From a virus, in the IMG/VR virus record IMGVR_UViG_3300028920_000044, positions 1 through 64,000 of that record: 64,000 nucleotides of DNA; one strand, 5' to 3'. A program made the position numbers and the translations under genes. Shown here in pieces: positions 18,636 to 27,182 of this stretch; positions within the stretch are counted from its first letter, which is position 1, and every line of letters begins with the position of its first letter. Under the pieces are notes generated by a model. The model was not told the origin of the DNA and ran no database searches. It worked only from the letters and a program-made list of their open reading frames with translations.

Positions 18636-19463
18636 ATGAATACTACAAATCAAACTACTAAAATTAGAAGACCTAGCAACCAAGTAATAGTGTCCAAAAC
18701 AGACGATAAGTTCCTAATAGGTAAAAGATTTACAAGATCAATCGCCGTTATTTCTCCCTTTGAAAGAGTTGAAGACGCTGTTGTAAGTAACTTTCAGGCA
18801 CCAAATAATAGATCTAAAAGAATTCAAATACTGTACAATATGATTCCGAAGATCTCAAGGTATTCAGTAAGTGACAGTGGTGTCCACTTTGATTGTGTGC
18901 AAGCAATTGATGAAAGTACTGACATCTTCGAAAAAACTAAAGACCAGGCAGATGCAGGGTATGTCCACTTTGATGTGACTACTTTTAAAAAGAAAACAGA
19001 TCAAAATAAAAGAGTCACTACATTTATAGACATAAATCCTAGATTACTCTTTGCAAAACTCGTAGATCAAGACCCGTTTGATTTTAAACTAAATAATCTC
19101 ACACACAAGTTTAAGACAATCAAGTTTAAAGCGTTCTCTGTTATATTAGAGAAAGGGTTTATTTTATGTTCAGTTGATAAATATACAACTTGCCTGTATT
19201 TAACTATCAATCGACCTGATCGAAACTTTGTAGGTAATTGCATCCGAAAAGAAATCAACAACATTACAGCAAACATTTCTCCACTTTGGCCAATATTTAA
19301 TATAAATATGAGTCAAAATAAATTAAGCGTTGCAGTTGATGATGCAGTCACCCAATATTTCAAGCATGTGAACGCCCCTATATTGATTAAATTAGAAAGA
19401 GAAATAGATGACGATGAAACTGTTATAAATTGTTTAGGAATGTCTATCAATTTAGAACCATGA
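18636..19463 (+). CDS. hypothetical protein, opposite orientation inside the virion block
   Basis: AGGAGGAGG RBS, own promoter motif and terminator. Confidence 0.8.
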   Translation: MNTTNQTTKIRRPSNQVIVSKTDDKFLIGKRFTRSIAVISPFERVEDAVVSNFQAPNNRSKRIQILYNMIPKISRYSVSDSGVHFDCVQAIDESTDIFEKTKDQADAGYVHFDVTTFKKKTDQNKRVTTFIDINPRLLFAKLVDQDPFDFKLNNLTHKFKTIKFKAFSVILEKGFILCSVDKYTTCLYLTINRPDRNFVGNCIRKEINNITANISPLWPIFNINMSQNKLSVAVDDAVTQYFKHVNAPILIKLEREIDDDETVINCLGMSINLEP

Positions 19464-19467
19464 ATTT

Positions 19468-19499
19468 GAGGGTAGCCCGGGAGGGTCTACCCTCGTTTT
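19468..19499. terminator. terminator between convergent genes
   Basis: GAGGGTAG/CTACCCTC stem followed by GTTTTT. Confidence 0.75.
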
Positions 19500-20020
19500 T
19501 ACAAGTTCAATGTAGCTAAAATTTCGCCAATCTTTACTTTAATTGAAATAGTATAATCTACATGAGAATCATTGGATATTGGATTAATTTGAACATCTTC
19601 AATCTCAATTATTGTGTTTAAATCTGCGGCAATAACATTAACAATATTTTGAACCTCTGTAGCAATTAATGTTTGCTGTAACGAGGTGTCTCTCATATGT
19701 AAATATTTTTTTAATCTAGACCCAAACGTAGGATCAAAGGGATAATCTTCAGGGAATACCATAAAATAATTCTTAAGATATTCTAATACTAAAGCTTTAA
19801 TAGTAGCAATCGTGTAGAAATCCCCATACTCACTTAAACCTGGAGTAATATCAAATACTGTTGAATATAAAACAGTATTCTGGTGATCAATATATCTTTC
19901 AATAATGCTTCTTATTGCTGCTGGTAACTCCTCTAATTCATAATCATCCTTATAAGTTCTAATGGAATAAGGAATTAACTGTTGGACATCACGAGGTAGT
20001 TCAGTAAGTTTAATTGACAT
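19499..20020 (-). CDS. baseplate wedge subunit (T4 gp25-like)
   Basis: YPFDPTFGS.L motif of the gp25/GPW family. Confidence 0.8.
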   Translation of the reverse strand: MSIKLTELPRDVQQLIPYSIRTYKDDYELEELPAAIRSIIERYIDHQNTVLYSTVFDITPGLSEYGDFYTIATIKALVLEYLKNYFMVFPEDYPFDPTFGSRLKKYLHMRDTSLQQTLIATEVQNIVNVIAADLNTIIEIEDVQINPISNDSHVDYTISIKVKIGEILATLNL

Positions 20021-20030
20021 AGGAATTACC

Positions 20031-20234
20031 TTATTTAAATGCTTTTATTTTTGAATCGAATCTAGACTTCTCTTTTTTCTTCTCTTCAACTTGTCTTAAT
20101 ATTACATCATGATAAAGAGGATACGGCAGGTTTAATATCGACACTAAATCTCCACTATTATCAAAAATGGATTGATAAAGAAGGAATGTATCGATAAAAT
20201 AATGATAATGCTTACTCGCTCTCCCTTCCACCAA
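20031..20234 (-). CDS. small gp26-companion ORF, possibly the +1 frameshift extension of 20212..21111
   Basis: ILNLPY..Y...I..Q.E..KKE pattern; no clear RBS; overlaps upstream gene in +1 frame. Confidence 0.55.
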   Translation of the reverse strand: MVEGRASKHYHYFIDTFLLYQSIFDNSGDLVSILNLPYPLYHDVILRQVEEKKKEKSRFDSKIKAFK

Positions 20235-21111
20235 ATAAGCTTCTGCGAAAGAACTCGACTTCTAAATCGAAGTCGTTTCTCACCTCCTCTCCACATGATG
20301 GACATTTTGTTGCCCTGTAAAACTGTGGAATATATTTATTAAACGCCTCGTTATATTTCACCAAGAAATCTTCTGACACTTGATAAGGAATATAACTATT
20401 GAATGCGATCAATATTTCTTGTAAATTATTTGATTCTACAGCTTCAAAATTCGTATCTTCAATAGATTGTAATCTCATAGCATCTATTAATAGAGCCATG
20501 TTTTGTGCCCGAGAATACACAGATCCTAAATTCTCAAGATTATTCTGAAGTACGTCATTAGACATTGTTGATAATATACGATTATTATCTTGTATTGAAG
20601 GTAGTTTCGACTGAAATGAATAAATCAAGTTTCCGTATGGAATGTCGATTTGATAACGGTATTCATAGAAGGGCAATTCCTCTTCCCATACCTTATAAGT
20701 ATCATCATGAATTACATTATCTAATAAGACTTCTTCTTCAAAAGGATCTTTATTGTGTTTACAATTCTCTGAACCACAAGTAAATTTTCGTTTACCTAAT
20801 GTCTCATATGTAGCTTTAAAAAGCGCCCATAATAGACTTAATTTATCTATGTTCGATGTTTGTGCCGTAAATTTATTAAAATTAATTTTGTGTTCATCAT
20901 CGCCTTCAATATATTCTAAATGATTGTGAATAAGTTTAACCATTTCTCTATCATAAAAAACAGGGCTAGTCAAACTTGTTCGTAGTGCCAAATCATCTCC
21001 GACAACAAGAGGAGTAACATTAACTTGCTTCTTAATGATCGGCAAGGCTGTCATAGTCTTCTTGATGTTAGAAACTTTAGACAGCGTATCCATGAACGGA
21101 CTCATTACCAT
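20212..21111 (-). CDS. baseplate hub / tail assembly chaperone (T4 gp26-like)
   Basis: LP.IKKQV.V.PL.V.D, two Cys pairs (C-x4-C, CPSC), ends near EFF. Confidence 0.7.
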   Translation of the reverse strand: MVMSPFMDTLSKVSNIKKTMTALPIIKKQVNVTPLVVGDDLALRTSLTSPVFYDREMVKLIHNHLEYIEGDDEHKINFNKFTAQTSNIDKLSLLWALFKATYETLGKRKFTCGSENCKHNKDPFEEEVLLDNVIHDDTYKVWEEELPFYEYRYQIDIPYGNLIYSFQSKLPSIQDNNRILSTMSNDVLQNNLENLGSVYSRAQNMALLIDAMRLQSIEDTNFEAVESNNLQEILIAFNSYIPYQVSEDFLVKYNEAFNKYIPQFYRATKCPSCGEEVRNDFDLEVEFFRRSLFGGRESE

Positions 21112-21134
21112 AAAAAGTTCGCCTCCTAAAGAAA

Positions 21135-21383
21135 CTATATCTTTCTCATGTTATTTGCACAGTAAATATTCTGAACCGCCTGACTATATGTTTGTATCGC
21201 TTTTATTAACTTTACCAAAGCATTTATATTTTCTAACGGCACAGTAGGTGCTGTGTTATAATATGTCGACGGATTCTGAGATATTAAATGGAATCCCTTC
21301 ATCCTCATAATTTGATCACAGTCCTTTAAAAAGTCCTTTACTTTTGACGACCTTTTATGATGTACAATTATAATAGACGGCAT
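21135..21383 (-). CDS. VapD/Cas2-like ferredoxin-fold protein
   Basis: D...M...GF...Q..STY and V..I..I.....AVQNI resemble the VapD pattern. Confidence 0.4.
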   Translation of the reverse strand: MPSIIIVHHKRSSKVKDFLKDCDQIMRMKGFHLISQNPSTYYNTAPTVPLENINALVKLIKAIQTYSQAVQNIYCANNMRKI

Positions 21384-21406
21384 CTTTGATCCTTGGTTTT
21401 TTTAAA

Positions 21407-21440
21407 TACGACCGGTGAGGTATGAACCCCACCGGTCATA
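21407..21440 (-). terminator. terminator after major capsid gene
   Basis: GACCGGTG/CACCGGTC stem; second hairpin GGAATCACA/TGTGATTCC at 21445-21489. Confidence 0.7.
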
Positions 21441-21496
21441 GAAGGAATCACAAGCTTAAGTCAGAATTGGCATTACCAATGTGATTCCAGAGACGA

Positions 21497-23050
21497 CTAG
21501 CCAATATAATTCCCCATATTCTCGACTTTGATGTAACCTAAGCCGTCGGTACGGGAGATTTTAATCATGGTTCTGGCACGTACGAAAGTACGGCTATTAC
21601 CATCGGTAACTTCTTTAACAACATACAACGGTTTGAAGATAAGATCCAAGATCGATGATTTCTCCAAAGCATTCTGGGGAGCCTTGGTCGACAGATAGAT
21701 CATATCATCATCAATATGATTCGATTCCAGAATGCGCAATTTCAGGAACTGAGCATTGGAACCAGACCAGCCGAGTTCACCCTTGGCACTTGCAAGGTTC
21801 ACCATCATATCTTGGAGAGACCTCAAGAGAGCCGCAGTTCTCAGACCAGTAACCATATAGGTTGGGTACATATTGTAATTACGACGAATAATACCCATCA
21901 ACAAAGATACTCGAGGTACGATGGCCTTGAACACATCCATCACGTTTGCGGGGGTATATTCACCTACACCAGCAGAGAACTGAGTCAAGTCGACAACTGT
22001 TGCTGCGCCGGCTTTAACAATTTCTGCCTCAGCTGCTTTCAAGAAGTAAGCCAGATCGTAATCTTTATTCAGAAGCACCTGACGTTTAATGGCTTCTGAC
22101 AAAGTTCGGGCCAAATCAATCTTGAAGATGGCCTGATAATCCTGAATATCTTCCTGGGTAAGATCAATGAGGAAATCCTCATTCGGGTCAATAAATACAT
22201 CCGTCATTTCCGTCTCGACCACGACTTTGGTCCTGCCATTCATGGTTGCTACGGGAACAAACCGCATGCTGAATACAGCAAAGTCAACTGTAAAGACAAT
22301 GCCTGCTCCGCCTGCGCCTGCGATGACGTTGTAGGTAATGTTACCCTTTTCATAATCCACATGACCAGTAACGCTACATTCAACAGTAGCTGCGCTACTA
22401 TCTTCAAACGTAAATTCGCCAACAATTTGATTACGCGAATCAGGAATGAAGGAAACATCGGCAGTATGTACGTCGGTGCCAGCTCCACTTTCGGTAATCT
22501 GAACCTGAGTCATCAGAGTATAACGACGATTCATTTTCAGGTTTTCCGGAGAAAGCGTAGCAAGTGTGAAAACGTTGTTGCCGACTCCAGGCAACGCATT
22601 CACCTCTACGACATTTGCACGAATGAGCTTCTTGGTAGTCGGAATGTAAGATTCCTCAACCACGGTACCATCGTAGCTTCTGGTCTGCGATTTGATTCGT
22701 ACACGGGGGATCGAGAGAACCGGAGAATTGGTAGTATAAACGTTACACAATTCAGCAATAATCGGTTCACTGTAGATATCCACCAAAATCGGGAAAGACA
22801 GAACTGTCCAACCAGCTGCGAAGGTAGAAGCAGGAACATTAGCGGCTTCGGACAAAACCATTTCACGTTGCCTATCCAAAACTGCGAGAACTCCACCACG
22901 AACGTGTTCATCCAATCCAGATGTCAGAGCGTCCGCGTAAGACTTGAACATCCCTTCATCTATGACCAATTTCATCGCACCGGATGGGTCCTGTAGCTCA
23001 TCGGCGTTCTCTTTAATAAACATTTCATAATTTTCAAACAGAGTGTCCAT
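21497..23050 (-). CDS. major capsid protein precursor (T4 gp23-like, HK97 fold)
   Basis: Follows portal and protease; acidic propeptide with L-x-E sites (VLSE/A); T.E.IQD..AI..ID motif; distinctive codon usage. Confidence 0.88.
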   Translation of the reverse strand: MDTLFENYEMFIKENADELQDPSGAMKLVIDEGMFKSYADALTSGLDEHVRGGVLAVLDRQREMVLSEAANVPASTFAAGWTVLSFPILVDIYSEPIIAELCNVYTTNSPVLSIPRVRIKSQTRSYDGTVVEESYIPTTKKLIRANVVEVNALPGVGNNVFTLATLSPENLKMNRRYTLMTQVQITESGAGTDVHTADVSFIPDSRNQIVGEFTFEDSSAATVECSVTGHVDYEKGNITYNVIAGAGGAGIVFTVDFAVFSMRFVPVATMNGRTKVVVETEMTDVFIDPNEDFLIDLTQEDIQDYQAIFKIDLARTLSEAIKRQVLLNKDYDLAYFLKAAEAEIVKAGAATVVDLTQFSAGVGEYTPANVMDVFKAIVPRVSLLMGIIRRNYNMYPTYMVTGLRTAALLRSLQDMMVNLASAKGELGWSGSNAQFLKLRILESNHIDDDMIYLSTKAPQNALEKSSILDLIFKPLYVVKEVTDGNSRTFVRARTMIKISRTDGLGYIKVENMGNYIG

Positions 23051-23087
23051 AGTAAATTATCCTCCAAAAGATTTATGTAATTAAATA

Positions 23088-23870
23088 TTATATTCTAAAT
23101 TGAATTTGTCCGGAAATAATAGCGTCAAATCGGTCATTAATTATTTCCTCAATAAAGCAACTAATGTTTCGATTATCTCGAGGTAAATGGATCCCTTCTG
23201 CCTCCAGAATACTTAAATCTTCGTTCTCACACATTACCTGCATATCATTATTCATTGCAGTAAATGATTCTGGGATAAAGTCAACTACCCGAGAGTTTTG
23301 ATGACTCGGACTACTGACTACATCATAAGTAATAGGCATAATTGGAGTTTTAACAAGTAATGTACCATCTGTCATTGGTTCAACAGAACCCAAAGCCCTC
23401 AAACTAAAACCGATGTCAACCTTATCTTTCAGGATAAGGTTTGCAAGATCAGGACCCTTAAAACCGGACAGAGTTTCAATTTCTCCTACAATCTCACCAC
23501 CATCATACTTAATATCCCGAAGTAAAGATCCACAGTTTTTGATTTCCACCACTGTCGCTCTCTTCTTCTGTTGCATAGGATCTCCCGCTCCAAACATCGG
23601 ATGGTCGATCTCCATTAAAAGATTACGGCCAGAAGCTTTAGGGGATAGTTGTGTTGTAATTGATTCACAAACTACCGGCGAATACTTTCGTTTATTACCA
23701 TTTAAAACATTCGCTTCCTGAAGCCTCGCTCTGAAGATACACTTAGCAGCACCTGATTCGGTTTTTGCCTCTTCAAGAATGGTGAGGTCACTATTTGCTA
23801 CAACTGACGTTTGTTCTATCATAAAATGATACTTATTCGTCTTGCTCTCGTTCTTTTGATTTTTTGTCAT
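23088..23870 (-). CDS. prohead protease (T4 gp21-like)
   Basis: NGNKRKY, MEIDHP (His), IGFSLRALG (Ser), TYDVVSSPSH (Asp). Confidence 0.92.
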   Translation of the reverse strand: MTKNQKNESKTNKYHFMIEQTSVVANSDLTILEEAKTESGAAKCIFRARLQEANVLNGNKRKYSPVVCESITTQLSPKASGRNLLMEIDHPMFGAGDPMQQKKRATVVEIKNCGSLLRDIKYDGGEIVGEIETLSGFKGPDLANLILKDKVDIGFSLRALGSVEPMTDGTLLVKTPIMPITYDVVSSPSHQNSRVVDFIPESFTAMNNDMQVMCENEDLSILEAEGIHLPRDNRNISCFIEEIINDRFDAIISGQIQFRI

Positions 23871-24174
23871 TACTTATCTCCGATAGATGCTGATTGATTT
23901 TATCGACAATAGCATTTGTCAACATCAGTAGAGTTTCATATGTTAATTCGGTTCCGAACTTAATGATCAGATCCAAATCATCATCATAAATGTTTTGCCC
24001 ACGAAGAGCGTTTCTCATGAATGTTACTTTTTGTAACAAATCGAATTTTTTAATAGGGGTAGCTTCGGGAAACGCTGGGTCTGCATTTGGATCAGATTCC
24101 ATCGGTTCGTTTGGCATACCACCGAACTGCTGCTCAAGTATAGTGTCTGTGTACATGTAGTTTAGTAACATCAA
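23833..24174 (-). CDS. putative prohead core/scaffold protein
   Basis: Between portal and protease; ILE/Q site. Confidence 0.5.
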   Translation of the reverse strand: MMLLNYMYTDTILEQQFGGMPNEPMESDPNADPAFPEATPIKKFDLLQKVTFMRNALRGQNIYDDDLDLIIKFGTELTYETLLMLTNAIVDKINQHLSEISNDKKSKEREQDE

Positions 24175-26201
24175 AACATCCTTCCACCAGGTTGGTTATC
24201 ACCAGCTCCTCCACCCAGATCCGTTTTTGTCTTCGTTGCTACACTATCTTCTGCTGCAGCTTCTCTAAATTTAGCCCAATCAATATGAGGTACATATTTT
24301 TCTAAGAAGAAATAAGGATCTATCGGGATTTGCAGATTGGTAAACACACCAGCTATATTACCAATTGACGACAGAGTCATTTCTATCAGTTGTACAATCA
24401 ATACAACAGGTGGGATGAGTGAAACTTTTACATATTTAGAGGGTCTATATTTCCACCCTTTAATTTCAGAAATAATATCAACAAGTCTTGTCAACGCCTC
24501 ATTGTCGTTTTCTTGCATATCCGATATTTCTGTTGCAAAAGTCACATTAGTATGAACTAACTGTTCTCGTAGTTCAACCACATCCATGTATCCTAGATAC
24601 GGCGCGGGTACACCCGAAAGTGCAATAATCTCGCGCCTAGAATCTTCTAAATCTGCTACCTTAATTGATGGATCACCAAGGTTTTGGATCTCAACATCTA
24701 GAGCTCTTTGACCTTGTTTCGAGAAGATAAACATATCCTTAAAATCACTAAGGATCTTAGGAATACTTTTAAATGAAGACAAATCGTCAAGAGATACTCG
24801 AGTATTATAAAGTTCTCTTTTCAATTTTTGAATCATTCCACTATGCATTTGTGTCGATCCAGTATCAATAACCCACTTTCTCACAACAGCAGCACGTGAA
24901 AGTTTAATAATAACATTGGACAACTGAGCTAGCATGTACAACTTACAGGGAAGAATTAACGGGTCAACTATGGACTCTCCATAAGGTGAGTAGTCATTCG
25001 ATGGAACAGTAAAGTCGACCATTTTATTAACAGGGATAAACCTTGTTCTTACCTTGTTATATTTCGTTTGCTTTCCACCAAGATCTTGCTCGATGAACAA
25101 TCTCTTAATAAAAATATAAACATCTTCACCTAAAGCTTTTAAGGTACTTTCGATCTTTTTATTATCAAAATTATTAGACTGTAATAAAGTCTTTTTAAGT
25201 ATGTTAGCAATAATTTTATCGATAATCGTTTGTTCAGGAGTACCGCCCTTATTTAATGTGGTAATTTTACCTACCACATTAGAAACATTCTGCGCGACAT
25301 TTTGAAACTCAGTCGATGAATCTTTATGAATTTCAAGATAACCAATCCGTGTTCCATATTTACTCTGAAGAACTATAATACTATGAGGATCGTGGATTTT
25401 TATTATCACGTCCAAAAAAGGATTCATGATGTCTTCTTCAGTCTTTTTTGCTGCGTCTTCATCTTCCCTTTCTTCGGACAACTTACCTCTTTTAATTTCT
25501 TCTTGTTCTTCAATCGCGCCCTCAGAGCTATCAATAATCTCATGAACTACATTAGATATTTTATCAATCATTAAACCCGTTTGTAGTCCAGACATTGTAT
25601 TACCGTTAACATCCGCTGCCTGAATTTCTAACTGATTTACTTCTTGAAGCAGATTGATTTTAGAGAGATCGACCTTCTCTGATTCTTTTGTGACGTCTAC
25701 AACTTCAACAAAACAATTACCATACAATAATTTCTTGGGACATATAGAGTTCTTCAATTTTTTAGGTAAATCGAAATGGTTCTCAACAGACTCAGCGAAT
25801 TTCCTAGATTCTTTAATTTGATCATCGTCATCTTTCGTCACTTTTGATGCTTCACGATAAATTAAACATTTACCATCAACTGGATTCTTTTGTAACAAAT
25901 GTGACGTATAAACTTTAATAATTCTTTTAATGATAGGTACACTACGATTTATTTCTTGATATACGGCATACCTGGCTAATCTTTCTGCAGGAACAGCAAC
26001 ATTCTCAAATAACTTTTGTTGATCTGCACCCATGCCACTATCATCATCTTTTAAAAGAACTTGATCAATAAACTTTCCAGTCACATTCTCTACTGGGGAT
26101 GGTTCTGCTGGAATAGGAATATTGCTGACGAGATCATCAATTTTACCACTGATGTCCGCTAATTCTTTATCTCTAAAAACATGACTAAAAAAGGTTGGCA
26201 T
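24171..26201 (-). CDS. portal protein (T4 gp20-like)
   Basis: YGNCF, YGESI..P, I.KLSRA, VEIQNL, LSGVP..YLG motifs; position. Confidence 0.88.
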   Translation of the reverse strand: MPTFFSHVFRDKELADISGKIDDLVSNIPIPAEPSPVENVTGKFIDQVLLKDDDSGMGADQQKLFENVAVPAERLARYAVYQEINRSVPIIKRIIKVYTSHLLQKNPVDGKCLIYREASKVTKDDDDQIKESRKFAESVENHFDLPKKLKNSICPKKLLYGNCFVEVVDVTKESEKVDLSKINLLQEVNQLEIQAADVNGNTMSGLQTGLMIDKISNVVHEIIDSSEGAIEEQEEIKRGKLSEEREDEDAAKKTEEDIMNPFLDVIIKIHDPHSIIVLQSKYGTRIGYLEIHKDSSTEFQNVAQNVSNVVGKITTLNKGGTPEQTIIDKIIANILKKTLLQSNNFDNKKIESTLKALGEDVYIFIKRLFIEQDLGGKQTKYNKVRTRFIPVNKMVDFTVPSNDYSPYGESIVDPLILPCKLYMLAQLSNVIIKLSRAAVVRKWVIDTGSTQMHSGMIQKLKRELYNTRVSLDDLSSFKSIPKILSDFKDMFIFSKQGQRALDVEIQNLGDPSIKVADLEDSRREIIALSGVPAPYLGYMDVVELREQLVHTNVTFATEISDMQENDNEALTRLVDIISEIKGWKYRPSKYVKVSLIPPVVLIVQLIEMTLSSIGNIAGVFTNLQIPIDPYFFLEKYVPHIDWAKFREAAAEDSVATKTKTDLGGGAGDNQPGGRMF

Positions 26202-26202
26202 T

Positions 26203-26595
26203 CTATCCTCTGAAGTAAGTTAAGATGAAGAGAATTAATCCATCACGAGTATAAAATCGATCTAGATTACGAATCGTTCTCTTGTTAATAAATTTTGAGA
26301 ATATCTCATTCGCTGCTTCTTTAATTAAATCTTCTTTCTTTGTTTGAAAAGTTTTAATACTATTTGATGGCGAATTAGGATCAAGATCGTGATCTTTTAA
26401 CAATTCATCGATCTTTGGTTTTAATACATTATCTTTATATGAAGTTAGAACTGTACTTAAGCTATTAAAAGTAACATTGAACTCTTCGACTTCTTTATGA
26501 GAGTTCTTTCTTCTTGAAAGTAAAACAATAAGTATTCCTAATAACACAATAATATTAAGTGCATTTAAAAGTATGGTATATAGTTCTAAAGTCAT
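26203..26595 (-). CDS. N-terminally membrane-anchored protein upstream of portal
   Basis: TM helix followed by RRK. Confidence 0.7.
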   Translation of the reverse strand: MTLELYTILLNALNIIVLLGILIVLLSRRKNSHKEVEEFNVTFNSLSTVLTSYKDNVLKPKIDELLKDHDLDPNSPSNSIKTFQTKKEDLIKEAANEIFSKFINKRTIRNLDRFYTRDGLILFILTYFRG

Positions 26596-26603
26596 GAGTA
26601 AGT

Positions 26604-26627
26604 ACAGGGGCCTTTAACAGCCCCTGT
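26604..26627 (-). terminator. hairpin terminator
   Basis: ACAGGGGC/GCCCCTGT 8-bp stem. Confidence 0.6.
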
Positions 26628-26630
26628 TCC

Positions 26631-26888
26631 TTAGTCTGCGTTTTTGTCAAGGTCTTTAAGCATTTTATCGACTTTCTCTTCATCCATCTCTTCGAGAGTT
26701 TGAGTTTCGTCGACTTCAATGCCAGCCTCTTCAAAAAGCTGAACCATTACCGGATCTACCCCACCGTTTGATTCAAAAACATGGTCTTTTGCCAAGTCTT
26801 CTTCCAGGTTCTCCATGAAAAGCCCAACACCTCTTTCATGACCTTCATCAACGGCCTCATTTACTAGATTGACAACTTCACGAAGCAT
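26631..26888 (-). CDS. small acidic protein, putative prohead core
   Basis: AAGGAG RBS; many hydrophobic-x-E sites. Confidence 0.6.
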   Translation of the reverse strand: MLREVVNLVNEAVDEGHERGVGLFMENLEEDLAKDHVFESNGGVDPVMVQLFEEAGIEVDETQTLEEMDEEKVDKMLKDLDKNAD

Positions 26889-26942
26889 AATATTTCTCCT
26901 TGAATTAAATGAATTTTTTTGTTGACTGAATATGAATCTATA

Positions 26943-27180
26943 AAAATCACGACCAATTACCCCAGTAATTATTAGTTAGCCCGATTGGAACGTCACTTTT
27001 CACTATATGGTGTTAACGGGTTATTTAAAAGGGTTGAAACTTTTGGTCATGATTTAATAATAATAATAAAATCACGATTAATTGCGTGGTAAAAACCCCC
27101 GCTCCAAGGGATACTCCTGATCGACGGTTCTTAAATGAAATCGATGACAGCGTACGTTCTCCGCAAGGGGTAGGGGTTAC
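26943..27180 (-). ncRNA. candidate structured RNA region (two long irregular hairpins)
   Basis: 13-bp closing stem 26944-26956/27043-27055; second hairpin 27094-27178. Confidence 0.4.
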
Positions 27181-27182
27181 TA

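Noticed and set aside
18636-19463. TBP-like or sliding-clamp identity
   Set aside because: Only vague strand patterns; no convincing internal repeat or signature.
21655-22996. Long antisense/alternate-frame ORFs over the capsid gene (likewise over sheath, tape measure and fibre)
   Set aside because: Shadow ORFs caused by codon bias; no RBS or motifs.
27117-27140. Hammerhead-like CTGATCGA...GAAA
   Set aside because: The core has an extra base versus CUGANGA and no proper stem II.
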